DNA of 64,000 nucleotides from an uncultured Planctomycetaceae bacterium (GTDB taxonomy: Bacteria; Planctomycetota; Planctomycetia; Isosphaerales; Isosphaeraceae): assembly GCA_963833985.1 (NCBI GenBank), contig CAWIAD010000001.1:3168001-3232000 (forward strand). The letters are read 5' to 3'. Positions 21,380 to 31,741 of this stretch are shown here, in pieces (positions within the stretch are counted from its first letter, which is position 1; each line of letters opens with the position of its first letter). Both the position numbers and the translations under genes were made by a program. The notes beneath the pieces are model-generated. The model saw nothing but the letters and a program-made list of their open reading frames with translations. It searched no databases and had not been told where the DNA came from.

Positions 21380-21634
21380 GAAAAAGCCAGAAAGACTCGC
21401 GCTCTCGGAATGATCAAAGACAGCGCTGATTTCGTGATCGGTCCCACCAGCCTCACGGCAGCCGGCTCGCGCAGGCGTCAGGACGGGTTTCCCACCCCCG
21501 CGCCAGGTGGATGTCGCAGGTATCGAGGCTGTCAGGGCGATCAGGGGCGAGCCCCCTTCCTGGGAGGCCGGGTCCATTCTGCCTTGATTTTCCGTCCGCC
21601 TCTACCGATCTTAGGGATGAGGGGGTGGTCTCGG

Positions 21635-21982
21635 ATGCGGCGTGTCGCGGGATTGATGGCCATGATCGCTGCCTTGACGGGCACGCCGCTTCGGCAGGCG
21701 GAGGCCGCCGCCGATTTCTGCCGGTCGATCATCGAGTCGCCGCAGCCGGCCAGCATCGAGATACCCGATGGTGGCGTGGGAGACGATTCCGGGGTGGGCA
21801 ACCTGCCCGGACTGTCCGCCTTTTCCGCTGCCGATCTCCTCGGCCCGGTTGCTCCGCTGTTCCTGCCGCCCATCGCGGCCCGGTCGCCTGCGAGCACGCT
21901 TGAAGCGCTGCGCGAGGTTCTCAGGCTGCCGCCGCTTCCACCCAACCTCCGCCACGCCTGGCTCCAGATCTTCCTGTTCTGA
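21635..21982 (+). CDS. Small exported hypothetical protein preceding the efflux operon
   Basis: Signal-like N-terminus; C-terminus RHAWLQIFLF. Alternative start at 21617. Confidence 0.6.
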   Translation: MRRVAGLMAMIAALTGTPLRQAEAAADFCRSIIESPQPASIEIPDGGVGDDSGVGNLPGLSAFSAADLLGPVAPLFLPPIAARSPASTLEALREVLRLPPLPPNLRHAWLQIFLF

Positions 21983-22167
21983 GGGCGTTCGGAAGACGGC
22001 CGATGGCCGGCATGCGCCGGCTGGCAATGAAGCCTGGACCGGCCAGCTCGTGTCTTGAACCGCCCGCGGGTGCGGGCACATCGGCCACCCCGAAGACTCA
22101 GTCCCCACGCGTTCCCGGCAAGAGCCCGATCGCTGGAATGGTACGAGCGCCCCGGGAGGTGTGTTGC

Positions 22168-23898
22168 ATGCCGAGGCGAATGTTCCCGGTGCTCGTGACC
22201 TGGTCGGCAGCGCTGGCCGGCTGGATGGTTGTCGGCCGGGCCGACGGGCCACCCGGCTCGGCCTCGTTGACGGAGCCTCAGGGACGCACCAGCATCGCCG
22301 GGGTCCGATTGCCGCGACGTAAGCCCGCGGCGCCCCCCGCGGCTCCTCCCCGTGCGGCGACGCCCGGCGTCCCGGCCCACCCCGCAGCCACGCCTCCGCG
22401 GGCGTCAACCTCGACTGGCGACATGCGGGACCTCCGGCCCGCCGGCACCCAGGTTCGCGAAGGCGTGCCGTCAGCCTTGCCACTGCCGGCTACGGCTGCT
22501 GCGCCGGCGCCTGCGCCATCCTCGGCCCCGGCCCCCTCCGAGAAGCCGATCGTCCCGCGCGCCGATGCGGGACGAGCCGCCGGACCGGCTCCACTGTCTC
22601 TCCTCGACCTCGAGAAGATGGCCCTGGGCAACAACCCAACCATCAAGGCGGCCGAGGCGCTGGTGCTCCAGCAACAGGGCTTGCTCCGCCAGCTCACGCG
22701 CTACCCGAATCCCACCGCTGGCTGGGTCCAGTCGACGCCTTCCCGGATGTCGGAGGGAGCCACGCAGGGTGTGTTCATCAGCCAGGACATCGTCACGGCA
22801 GGCAAGCTGCGGATCGTGGGCCGGGCGGAACGCGTCGAGGTCGAGTGGCGTATTCTTCAGATGAACGCGCAGGTTGGCCGCGTTCTCAATGACGTGCGGA
22901 TCCGTTATTACGAGGTCCTGGGCGCCCAGCAGGCGATGGCCACCGCGGAGGAGCTCGCGCGGCTGGCCGCGGACGACCTGACGACCGTTCGCCAGTTGCT
23001 GGAAGCCAGGCAGGCGTCCCGCCCGGACCTGCTTCAGGCGGAGATCCACCTCAGCGCCGTGCGCGCCTCGTTGCAGGACGCGCGGCTGCGGCACCAGGCC
23101 GCCTGGCGGCAGCTCGCCAACGTCGTCGGCGTCGCCCGCCTGACGCCGGCCCGCCTTCCCGACGACATCGAGTCCAACATCCCCAGGCTCGACTGGGACG
23201 AGAGCCTGGAGCGTTTGCTCTGCGAGAGCCCGGTGCTCCGCGCCCAGGCCGCCCAGGTCCGCGAGGCCGAGCTCGAGGTGCAGCTTCAGAAACGCCTGGT
23301 GATCCCGAACGTCAACGTCCAGACCGTCATCCAGCGCGACTACGTCAGGCAATACGACCAGGTCAGCACCCTGGTCTCGGCCCCCATTCCGGCCTGGAAC
23401 CGCAACCGGGGTGCCATTATGAATGCCGAGGGAATGCTCAGCCAGCAACAGCAGGAATACAAGCGCCTCAGGCTGGCCCTGGCGGACCAGCTCGCGACCT
23501 CCTTCCAGCAGTATCAAAGTGCGCGAAATCAGGTCGAGCACCTGCGCGAGATCCTGCCGCGGACCCGAGAGAACATCGAACTGACGACGCAGGGCTTCCG
23601 GCAGGGGCAGGCCGGCTTCGACTTCATGCGGGTCCGGGACGCCCAGGACCTCTACCACCAGACGAGGACCTCGTACATCGACGCGTTGACATCGCTCCGC
23701 AAGGTCGCCATCGAGATCTGCGGCCTCCAGCTCGTTGGGGGCCTGAACCCGACGGAGATCGGCACGGCGCTCCAGGCCACGCCGGGTGTTCCGGCCGGGC
23801 TCGGCGGCGTCCTCCTGCAATTCCAGCAGCAACAGCAGAGCGGCGTGAGCGGGACGCTGCCGGGTGCCCTCCAGAGCACTGTGGCCGGCCCGCAGTGA
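22168..23898 (+). CDS. TolC-family outer membrane efflux protein with Pro/Ala-rich N-terminus
   Basis: LEKMALGNNP, YPNP, ISQDIVTAGK and PIPAWNRNRG motifs; GGAGGT RBS. Confidence 0.9.
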   Translation: MPRRMFPVLVTWSAALAGWMVVGRADGPPGSASLTEPQGRTSIAGVRLPRRKPAAPPAAPPRAATPGVPAHPAATPPRASTSTGDMRDLRPAGTQVREGVPSALPLPATAAAPAPAPSSAPAPSEKPIVPRADAGRAAGPAPLSLLDLEKMALGNNPTIKAAEALVLQQQGLLRQLTRYPNPTAGWVQSTPSRMSEGATQGVFISQDIVTAGKLRIVGRAERVEVEWRILQMNAQVGRVLNDVRIRYYEVLGAQQAMATAEELARLAADDLTTVRQLLEARQASRPDLLQAEIHLSAVRASLQDARLRHQAAWRQLANVVGVARLTPARLPDDIESNIPRLDWDESLERLLCESPVLRAQAAQVREAELEVQLQKRLVIPNVNVQTVIQRDYVRQYDQVSTLVSAPIPAWNRNRGAIMNAEGMLSQQQQEYKRLRLALADQLATSFQQYQSARNQVEHLREILPRTRENIELTTQGFRQGQAGFDFMRVRDAQDLYHQTRTSYIDALTSLRKVAIEICGLQLVGGLNPTEIGTALQATPGVPAGLGGVLLQFQQQQQSGVSGTLPGALQSTVAGPQ

Positions 23899-23943
23899 GG
23901 CCTCGAGAAGCCGGCAGTCGACACCCAGGCCAGGAGACCTTTG

Positions 23944-25332
23944 ATGCTTCTTCGCCGCATTCTCACGCTCTTCAAGTGGCTCATGGCCCTCGGGCTGCTC
24001 GGCGGCCTGCTCTCGGGCGCCTACTGGGTGAACAGTCAGATGCGATCCGAGCGCGTGAGGGAAGGGGAGGAGGACAGGGTCCAATCGCCACGGCGAACGA
24101 GGGCGGGTGTCGTGGAGCTGGGGATCGAGCAGGCCCGCCGGTACGGGCTGGAGGAGGCACCTGCGCAGGCGGTCTCCTGGGCAGAACGGGTTGCCGTCTA
24201 CGGGCAGGTCGTCTGGAATCCGAGGGCCGTGGTCGAGCTGCGAGCGCCTTACTCCGGCACGCTCAGGGCCGCCGCCGGTGCTCCCTGGCCGGCACCCGGG
24301 CGCTGGGTCCACTCGGGGCAGACCCTGGGCTGGATCGACATCCGCGTCTCGGCCCAGGAGCGGCTCACCCTGCAAGATAATCTCAACAACGCCCGCCTGA
24401 AGAGGCATGGCGCCGAGCAGATTGTCGCACTCCAGCGCGAGCGCGTCCGTCGCATCGACAGCGTCTCCCGGTCCCAGATCGTTCCCGGCCAGCAGCTCGA
24501 CGACGCCAAGGTCCTGCTGGCCGACGCCGAGACCCAGCTCGCGATGGCCTCGGCGGCCGTCGAGCTCTGGCAGAAGTCGCTCGAGGAGGTCGATCGGCCG
24601 GGCCACCGGGAGACGACCGCCTACAGCCAGCCGCTCGTGTCGCCGGGTGAGGGCGAGGTCACGGAGCTGGCGGCGCGGCCGGGAATGGCGATCGAGGCGG
24701 GGGGCCTGGTAGCCCAGCTCATCGATCTCCGCCGGATGCTGGCGCGGCTGCAAATCCCGCCGGAGCTGCTGACGGCTGGCCCGCCCGGCCCGTTGCGACT
24801 CCAGGCGATCGCGTCGCCGTCGGTTGCCGCGGTCGGGATCCTGAGCCCGGGAGAGCGGCCTGGATCTCCCCCGACCGTCGAGGCCACTCCGGTGGGCCCT
24901 GCACCCCGCGTGGATGCCGCGTCGCAGTACGTCGGTTACTGGTATGAGTCCGAACCGGCACGGATCGAGGACGCGGACGGAAAATCCAGGTCAGTCGCCC
25001 CGGAGGGGGACAACCCCGGGATCCCCTGGCTTCCGGGGCTTCAGGTCAAGGCCTTGATGACGCCCCTGAATGGCCGGTCACGACCGGCCGTGGCGGTTCC
25101 CGTCGGGGCCGTCCTCTTTCATCAGGGACGGGCGCTGGTCTACGTGCGGGTCAAGCCGGGCGCCTACCAGCGCCGCGAGGTGCGCCTGCTGGGCCAGGAG
25201 CCGGGTGCCTGGGTTGTCGCCGCGCGCCAGACCCCGGACCCATCGGGCCTGGATCCCGGCGACGTGGTCATTCAGCGCGGGGGCCAGATCCTGCTCTCCG
25301 AGGAATTTCGCAGTGACGTGAACGCCGATTGA
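23944..25332 (+). CDS. RND efflux periplasmic adaptor (MFP)
   Basis: N-terminal TM anchor, lipoyl halves (LRAPYSG, LVSPGEGEV), coiled hairpin and AVPVGAV motif. Confidence 0.88.
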   Translation: MLLRRILTLFKWLMALGLLGGLLSGAYWVNSQMRSERVREGEEDRVQSPRRTRAGVVELGIEQARRYGLEEAPAQAVSWAERVAVYGQVVWNPRAVVELRAPYSGTLRAAAGAPWPAPGRWVHSGQTLGWIDIRVSAQERLTLQDNLNNARLKRHGAEQIVALQRERVRRIDSVSRSQIVPGQQLDDAKVLLADAETQLAMASAAVELWQKSLEEVDRPGHRETTAYSQPLVSPGEGEVTELAARPGMAIEAGGLVAQLIDLRRMLARLQIPPELLTAGPPGPLRLQAIASPSVAAVGILSPGERPGSPPTVEATPVGPAPRVDAASQYVGYWYESEPARIEDADGKSRSVAPEGDNPGIPWLPGLQVKALMTPLNGRSRPAVAVPVGAVLFHQGRALVYVRVKPGAYQRREVRLLGQEPGAWVVAARQTPDPSGLDPGDVVIQRGGQILLSEEFRSDVNAD

Positions 25333-25422
25333 ACAGGATTTCGACGGTCATCGCCCGCGGAACACGGTTCCCGCTCCGGCCCCCGTCGTTCACCGTCCAC
25401 CGCAGGAGATTCACGAACTGCC

Positions 25423-28400
25423 ATGCTCCAGGCCATCGTCCGCTGTTCGATCCACAACCGGGCCGTCGTCGTCGTCCTCTCCGCGCTGCTGCTGGCCTTC
25501 GGGTTCTTCGCCGTGGAGCATGCCAGGCTGGACGTCTTCCCCGAGTTCGTGCCGCCCCAGGTCGTCGTCCAGACCGAGGCGCCGGGGCTCGCCGCCGACG
25601 AGGTCGAGCCGCTCGTCACCCTGCCGATCGAGCAGGCGCTGCTGGGCATCCCCGGCCTGGACGTGCTGCGCTCGCAATCGATCCAGGGGCTCTCGGTCAG
25701 TACGCTCATCTTTCAGGACAACACCGACATCTATCGGGCGCGGCAGCTTGTCGCCAAGCGGCTCGCGGAGGTGGGCGGGCATCTCCCCAAGGGGGTTCGG
25801 CCGCCCCGGCTCGGCCCGCTCACCTCCTCCACCGGCCGGCTCCTTGTGGTCGGCTTCACCTCCACGAAGCTCTCGCCGTTGGAGTTGCGCGACTGGGTGC
25901 AGTGGACCTTGCGGCCGCGGCTGCTGGCGGTCCGGGGCGTGGCCCAGGTCTCCCTCTTCGGCGGGGGCGTCCGCGAATTCCAGGTCCAGATCGACCCGGA
26001 CCAGCTCACCGCCCACGCCCTGAGCCTGACCTCCGTCCTCGACGCGGCCCGGCGCGGCACCGGGGTTCGCGGCGCCGGCTTCCAGGAGAACGAGCACCAG
26101 CGCTCAATCGTGCGGGTCGAGGCTCAGGTCCGCTCCGCCGCCGAGCTGGGCGAGGCCGTGGTGACGACATCCGCAGGTCATCCGGTGCGACTCCGCGACG
26201 TGGCCCGCGTCGTCGAGGCCCCGGAGCCGAAGTTCGGTGACGCGGCCGTCGACGGCCAGCCCGCCGTCACGCTCAACATCTTCAAGCAGTACGGCGGGGA
26301 TACGCCCGAGACGACCCGCCGGGTCGAGGCCGAGCTGGACCGCATGCGGCCCGCCATGGAGGGGCAGGGGATCGTCTATCACCCGGCGCTCTTCCGACAG
26401 GCGGACTTCATCGCGCGCGCCGTCGGCAACGTTACGCACGCGTTGCTCCTGGGCGCGGTCCTGGTCGCGGTCGTCCTCTTCGTCTTCCTGTTCAACGTGC
26501 GGACGGCCCTGATCTCGCTGACGGCGATTCCTCTGTCGTTGCTGGGGGCGATCGTAGTGCTCTGGCTGGGCGGCGTGAGCCTGAACACCTTGACCCTGGG
26601 CGGGCTGGCCATCGCCGTCGGCGAGGTCGTGGACGACGCCATCATCGACGTGGAGAACATCTTCCGAAGACTCCGCGAGAATGCCCGGCTGGGCCAGCCG
26701 CGCTCGGCGGCGGCTGTCGTGCTGTCGGCCTCGCTCGAGGTCCGCAGAGCCGTCGTCTACGCCACCTTCATCGTCGTGCTCGTGTTCGTGCCGGTCTTCT
26801 TCCTGAGCGGCCTCCAGGGACGGCTCTTCTCCCCGCTTGGGTATGCCTACGCCCTGGCGGTGCTCGCCTCGCTGGCGGTGGCCCTGACCGTCACGCCGGC
26901 CCTGGCGCTGATCCTGCTGCCGGGGGCCGGCGGCGCCGAGGAGCCCCCGCTGCTCCGGGGGCTCCAGAACGTCTACGAGCGGCTCGTGCGCCGGCTCGAC
27001 CGCGAGCTGGCCCTGGTCGTGACCTCGGTCGTTCTGCTTGTGGCTGCCGCGGGCTGGGCGCTCGACCACTTCGGCGGCGAGTCGCTGCCGGAGATGCGCG
27101 AGAACCACTTCATCCTCCACATGCAGGGCCTGCCGGGCACTTCACTGCCGCAGTCGATGGCCGCGGGTGGCGCCCTGGTACGAGAATTGAAGAGGATCCC
27201 GGCGGTCACGAGCGTCGCGCAGCAGGCCGGGCGGGCCGAGCTGGGCGAGGATACCTGGGGCGTCGAGTACAGCGAGATCGAGGTCGGGCTCAAGGAGCTG
27301 GAGGGGGAAGAGTTCGAGGCCGTGGAGGGATCGCTCAAGGCCTCCTTGCGAGACAACTTCCCGGGGTTCTCGTTCGAGGTCTTCTCGTTCCTGTCCGAAC
27401 GCATCGAGGAGACGATCTCGGGCTCGATCGCGCCTGTCGCGGTGAAGATCTACGGCGACGACCTGGGCGAGCTGGACCGGGCCGCCCGCGACATCGCCGA
27501 GGCGATCGGCGGCGTGCCCGGCGCCGACAATGTCCGCCCCGAGCCTCAGGCCGGCCAGCCCGAACTGGTGGTCCGGGTGCGCCCGGAGGACGCCGCCCGG
27601 CACAATCTGCGCCGCGCGGAGATTCTCGAGGCCGTCCACGCCGCCTACCAGGGCGCGGAGGTCGCTCAGGCGTACGACCGCAACCGGGTCATCAACGTGG
27701 TCGTCATCCTCGACCCGAACGTGCGGAATGACCCCGAGGCACTGGCCAACCTATGGATCTCCGTACCGAGCGCCGACTCCGCGGCCTCCGCCCCTGCGGT
27801 GACGGCGACGGCGACGGCGGCATCGGCCGGCCCAGAGCCGCTGGTGGGGGCCGGAGATCGGCTCCGACTCAGGCAGGTTGCGGATGTCTTCCTCTCCGAA
27901 GCTCGCTTCCTCGTGCGCCACGAGGGCGGGCTCCGTCAGCAACTCGTGACCTGCAACGTCCAGGGGCGCGACATCGAGTCGTTCGTGGCCGAGGCCAGGC
28001 AGCGGGTCCAGAAGCTGGCCCTGCCGAACGTGACGTTGGTCTTCACCGGCGCTCACGAGATCAAGCAGGCGACCGAGCGGGAGTTGCTCCTGCTGGGCTC
28101 GGCCGCCGGCGCGGGCATCCTCCTGATCCTCTGGATGGCCTTCGGCTCGCTGCGACAGCTGATCCTGATCCTGGCCAATCTCCCGTTCGCCCTGGTGGGG
28201 GGCGTGGCCGTGGTCTACATGAGGGGCGGCGTGCTCGACGTCGGCTCGCTGGTTGGTTTCGTGACCCTGTTCGGCATCACGACGCGGAGCAGCATCATGA
28301 TGGTCTCGCACTGGCAGCATCTCCACGAGGTCGAGGGGCTCCCCTGGGGACCGGACCTGATCTTCCGCGGCGCACGGGAACGCCTGGCACCCGTGCTCAT

Positions 28401-28587
28401 GACCGCGCTGGTCACGGCCCTGGGACTGCTCCCCATCGCGGCCAGCTCGGACCAGCCGGGGAGCGAGATCGAGGGCCCGATGGCCCTGGTCATCCTCGGC
28501 GGCCTGGTGACCTCGACCGCACTGAATCTGCTGGGCCTCCCGGTGCTCTACCGTCGCTTCGGAGCCGCCCCCGGCACTGCCTCATGA
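25423..28587 (+). CDS. RND efflux permease, CzcA/CusA (heavy-metal efflux)-like
   Basis: DVFPEF, GGLAIAVGEVVDDAIIDVEN and ERLAPVLMTA motifs; 1054 aa. Confidence 0.95.
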   Translation: MLQAIVRCSIHNRAVVVVLSALLLAFGFFAVEHARLDVFPEFVPPQVVVQTEAPGLAADEVEPLVTLPIEQALLGIPGLDVLRSQSIQGLSVSTLIFQDNTDIYRARQLVAKRLAEVGGHLPKGVRPPRLGPLTSSTGRLLVVGFTSTKLSPLELRDWVQWTLRPRLLAVRGVAQVSLFGGGVREFQVQIDPDQLTAHALSLTSVLDAARRGTGVRGAGFQENEHQRSIVRVEAQVRSAAELGEAVVTTSAGHPVRLRDVARVVEAPEPKFGDAAVDGQPAVTLNIFKQYGGDTPETTRRVEAELDRMRPAMEGQGIVYHPALFRQADFIARAVGNVTHALLLGAVLVAVVLFVFLFNVRTALISLTAIPLSLLGAIVVLWLGGVSLNTLTLGGLAIAVGEVVDDAIIDVENIFRRLRENARLGQPRSAAAVVLSASLEVRRAVVYATFIVVLVFVPVFFLSGLQGRLFSPLGYAYALAVLASLAVALTVTPALALILLPGAGGAEEPPLLRGLQNVYERLVRRLDRELALVVTSVVLLVAAAGWALDHFGGESLPEMRENHFILHMQGLPGTSLPQSMAAGGALVRELKRIPAVTSVAQQAGRAELGEDTWGVEYSEIEVGLKELEGEEFEAVEGSLKASLRDNFPGFSFEVFSFLSERIEETISGSIAPVAVKIYGDDLGELDRAARDIAEAIGGVPGADNVRPEPQAGQPELVVRVRPEDAARHNLRRAEILEAVHAAYQGAEVAQAYDRNRVINVVVILDPNVRNDPEALANLWISVPSADSAASAPAVTATATAASAGPEPLVGAGDRLRLRQVADVFLSEARFLVRHEGGLRQQLVTCNVQGRDIESFVAEARQRVQKLALPNVTLVFTGAHEIKQATERELLLLGSAAGAGILLILWMAFGSLRQLILILANLPFALVGGVAVVYMRGGVLDVGSLVGFVTLFGITTRSSIMMVSHWQHLHEVEGLPWGPDLIFRGARERLAPVLMTALVTALGLLPIAASSDQPGSEIEGPMALVILGGLVTSTALNLLGLPVLYRRFGAAPGTAS

Positions 28588-28782
28588 ACTGTGCGGATGA
28601 CCATGCGCCCACAGATCCTCCGTCCTGCTCCGTAAACTGACAATGACGGCGTGGTCCGCCCGCTTCCTCGTGTGCCCGGCGGCTTGCAGGCACCAGGACC
28701 CAGGCGCCGCCAGGGGCCCGGCGGCGCGACCCTTCCGAGGCTCACCCGCACCGCATCAGCGTGCGAAATAGCCCAAAACAAA

Positions 28783-29270
28783 CGACACTCCCCGCTGATC
28801 TCCACCGAATCTTACGCGGCGTGACATGATCCTTGTCCGACCTGGTGTTGCGTTCCGGGCTCCTTGCCCGACGTCGGTTCACGGCTGACTTTGGGCTGGG
28901 GGGGGCTGCCAACTGCTCCACACCTCGTCCAGCGTCAACACCACAAACCGCGCCAGTGTTCGACGGCGCCGCCACCTGTACCGCACCTTCTCCAGAAAGC
29001 GAAACATCCGGTGGGTACGCTCCACGTGGTTGCTGGTCCGGACGCGCTCGCTGAGTGGGTTGTCGAGGAAAGCCATCAGCTGGTCAGGGGGCCTTCTTGG
29101 GAGCGCAGAAAACCGGTATAAGGACAGTCGTGGGTGCATCCGTGCCCATGCTTGCGTCCTTTCGTGCTGAGGCCAGGTAACTTCATTCACGGGGACGCAA
29201 GCCCTATCTTTCAACCCCAAAACGCCTGACCTGTGCCACCCTCCTCGGTGGAGATCAGCGAGGAGTGTCG
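28783..29270 (-). mobile_element. MITE-like internally deleted IS, copy 2, 488 bp with 26-bp TIRs
   Basis: CGACACTCCCCGCTGATCTCCACCGA (28783-28808) and its inverse (29245-29270), 1 mismatch. Contains stubs MGTDAPTTVLIPVFCAPKKAP and QLMAFLDNPLSERVRTSNHVERTHRMFRFLEKVRYRWRRRRTL. Confidence 0.88.
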
Positions 29271-30109
29271 AATTTCTCGGTCACGGAAAATGGAGCGGGA
29301 CGCTCGGAGAGTGGCGCTAGCGAGGTTCCCTGGCCGCCGATGACGGGCTTGCCGTAGATGGGCTCGAGTGCGGAGAACAGATCTGTCAGTTTCTCCCGAT
29401 CACCTTCTGCGAGGAAGTAGGCGTCATGCATTTGACCCCAGAGCCCGTCTCCCCGCGCTCGAGTGAGCGGTTTCAAAAGATCCAGGCGCGGGCCGAGCCA
29501 GAGCCGGTACAGGGCGAGTTTTGGCACCTGCTTGTCCCTGCCGGCGAAGTTCTCCAGGAACGAGTTCAAGCCGCCTCCCATCGTGGCCACGCTGGGCTTG
29601 CCGCCATCGGGACTGGTGATCGTGGCGCTGTGCCGCCAAACGCTCCTGGTTCGATCGAAGATGAAGTAGCTGGCGTTCGTCGTGCCGGGCTCTTTCCCGG
29701 GTTGCTTCCGCACCAGGAAGGAGAAAGTCTGGCGCTCTTTCCAGGGCCAGAGCATGTGGGTGTGCGCGCCCTCGCCCTCGCCTCCGAAACGGTCGTGAAT
29801 CGTCTCAGGGTCGGCGAAGGTCACCCTGGGATGCAACTCGTCGCTGGTGTCCCAGATCGAAAAGATTGTCCGACGCTCGCGCGGGCCGTTGTGCTGAATG
29901 CCGCAATAACCGCCCGCCGGCTCGCCGGGATGCCAGTTCGCCCCGCAATAGTAAATGCCGGGATGCGTCGCCAGCACGGTGATCTCGCCGCAGAGCCACC
30001 GACCATCACGCTCGCCTTCCAGGTTCCACCAAAGATGCTGGGCCATGGCACTCGGACAGAGAACGCCCACCAAGACAAGAGTGAACGCCGACGTCGTCGC
30101 ACGCTTCAT
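29255..30109 (-). CDS. Secreted DUF3472-like protein
   Basis: Signal peptide; GGYCGIQ, IFSIWD, FGGEGEG and SFLENF motifs. The last codons lie inside the MITE TIR. Confidence 0.8.
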   Translation of the reverse strand: MKRATTSAFTLVLVGVLCPSAMAQHLWWNLEGERDGRWLCGEITVLATHPGIYYCGANWHPGEPAGGYCGIQHNGPRERRTIFSIWDTSDELHPRVTFADPETIHDRFGGEGEGAHTHMLWPWKERQTFSFLVRKQPGKEPGTTNASYFIFDRTRSVWRHSATITSPDGGKPSVATMGGGLNSFLENFAGRDKQVPKLALYRLWLGPRLDLLKPLTRARGDGLWGQMHDAYFLAEGDREKLTDLFSALEPIYGKPVIGGQGTSLAPLSERPAPFSVTEKFDTPR

Positions 30110-30181
30110 GTCGATCTCACGCAGAGGAGAGAGGTCCCCGACAGTGTATGATAGCTCCAGATCCAGCGGCGTCGCCAGCGG

Positions 30182-31636
30182 ATGCACGAGCAGACCGCGG
30201 CCATGCCGGAGAAGCGTGGAACTTCAGGAGATCGGGTCGTGCCATCCTCGAACCGGCAGGCCGTGGAGCTGCGCCCGTCGCGCGGCCGAAACCGATACGC
30301 CGTGGTTTTCTGGGCCTGGATCTTCGCGCTGTGCATGGCAGCGCTGGCGGCGACATACGTGATGTTCGTGGAGCCGCCCCCGCCCCACACGCTGGTGATT
30401 GCCAGCGGTAGCCGCGACGGAGCCTACCACCGGTTCGCCCTCGAGTATGCCAGGGAGCTGAAGAAGCACGGACTGAATGTCGAGGTCCGCGAGACGGCCG
30501 GATCGGTGGAGAACCTGGAACTGCTGGAGCAGCGCAGTTCCGGCGTGTCGGTGGCCATCGTGCAGAGCGGCGTGGCCACACCCGGGCAACTGGCGCAGTT
30601 CGATGCCCTGGGAAGCCTTTACCGGGAGCCGCTCTGGATCTTCTACCGGGGCAGTGCGCCGCTGGCGCGGCTGACCCAGCTCGCAGGAAAACGTATAGGG
30701 GTCGGGCCGACCGGCAGTGGCACTCACGCCGTCTCCATGCGGCTACTGGCCGCCAACGGGATGGCCGACACCGCAGGTAAGCCTGGATCGACTGCCGGGA
30801 CATCGTCGCCCGTCCTGGTTCACCAGGATGTTGAAACCGCTGCCAGGGCGTTGCGCAAGGGAGAGCTGGACGCCGCGTTCTTCGTTGCCGCCTTCGAGGC
30901 CGAGTACATTCTGGAGCTGCTGCATGACGACGACGTGAGATTGCTGAGCTTCGACCAGCGCGAGGCGTACCACCGCCGCTTCCGGTTCCTGTCACCGGTT
31001 ACGGTGCCCGCGGGCCTGGTGAACCTCGGCCGCAACATCCCGGACCATGACATCGCCCTGCTGGCCCCCACGGCCATGCTGGTCGTCCGCAAGGACTTCC
31101 ACCCCGCGCTCGTGCCCCTCTTGCTGATGGCTGCGGCGCGCATCCACGGCAAGGGAGACGTACTCTCCGATTCCGGTGAGTTCCCCTCCGAGGCATTCTG
31201 CGATTTCCGGCTCAGTGAAGAGGCCAGTCGGTTCTACCAGTCCGGCCAGCCGGTACTGCAAAGGCTGCTGCCATTCTGGCTGGCATCGCTCGTGGATCGG
31301 GCGAAGGTGATGGTCATTCCGCTGGTCATGTTGATGATGCCGCTCATCCGCGCCGCACCGCCTTTGCTGCGATGGCGAACCCGCAGGAAGATCTATCTCT
31401 GGTACAAGGACCTGCGGGACATCGACCAGAAACTGGCGAGCGGCCTCTCGGGCGCCGAGCTGGACCAGGAAATCCAGCGGCTCGAGGAGATCGAGCATCA
31501 GGTTGCCTATGTGGACGTGCCGCTCAGCTACATGGAAGAGTTCTACCATATGCGGCTGCATTTGGAGATGCTCCAAGAGCAGCTCGTGGAGTTGCGGTCG
31601 CGCGGCGAGCCCACGGCGGCTGTCCCGGGGACGTGA
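30182..31636 (+). CDS. TAXI-family TRAP solute-binding protein with N- and C-terminal membrane segments
   Basis: SGSRDGAY, TAGSVENL, IVQSG, SLYREPLW, GPTGSGT and LPFWLA motifs. Confidence 0.85.
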   Translation: MHEQTAAMPEKRGTSGDRVVPSSNRQAVELRPSRGRNRYAVVFWAWIFALCMAALAATYVMFVEPPPPHTLVIASGSRDGAYHRFALEYARELKKHGLNVEVRETAGSVENLELLEQRSSGVSVAIVQSGVATPGQLAQFDALGSLYREPLWIFYRGSAPLARLTQLAGKRIGVGPTGSGTHAVSMRLLAANGMADTAGKPGSTAGTSSPVLVHQDVETAARALRKGELDAAFFVAAFEAEYILELLHDDDVRLLSFDQREAYHRRFRFLSPVTVPAGLVNLGRNIPDHDIALLAPTAMLVVRKDFHPALVPLLLMAAARIHGKGDVLSDSGEFPSEAFCDFRLSEEASRFYQSGQPVLQRLLPFWLASLVDRAKVMVIPLVMLMMPLIRAAPPLLRWRTRRKIYLWYKDLRDIDQKLASGLSGAELDQEIQRLEEIEHQVAYVDVPLSYMEEFYHMRLHLEMLQEQLVELRSRGEPTAAVPGT

Positions 31637-31741
31637 GGGCAAGGCCCGCAGGCAACGCCCCGAGCGATTGCAGGCGGCGAGCCGGGCCGGCGGCTGTTTC
31701 AGGTCCGCCCGCCCGGTCATCGCCGCGGTCAGGAAGCGGCT

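Noticed and set aside
22471..24753. 760-aa antisense ORF (and similar long shadow ORFs such as 7547-8791, 32773-33951, 34531-35736, 37257-38570)
   Set aside because: These lie antisense to well-supported genes in high-GC DNA and have no recognisable motifs.
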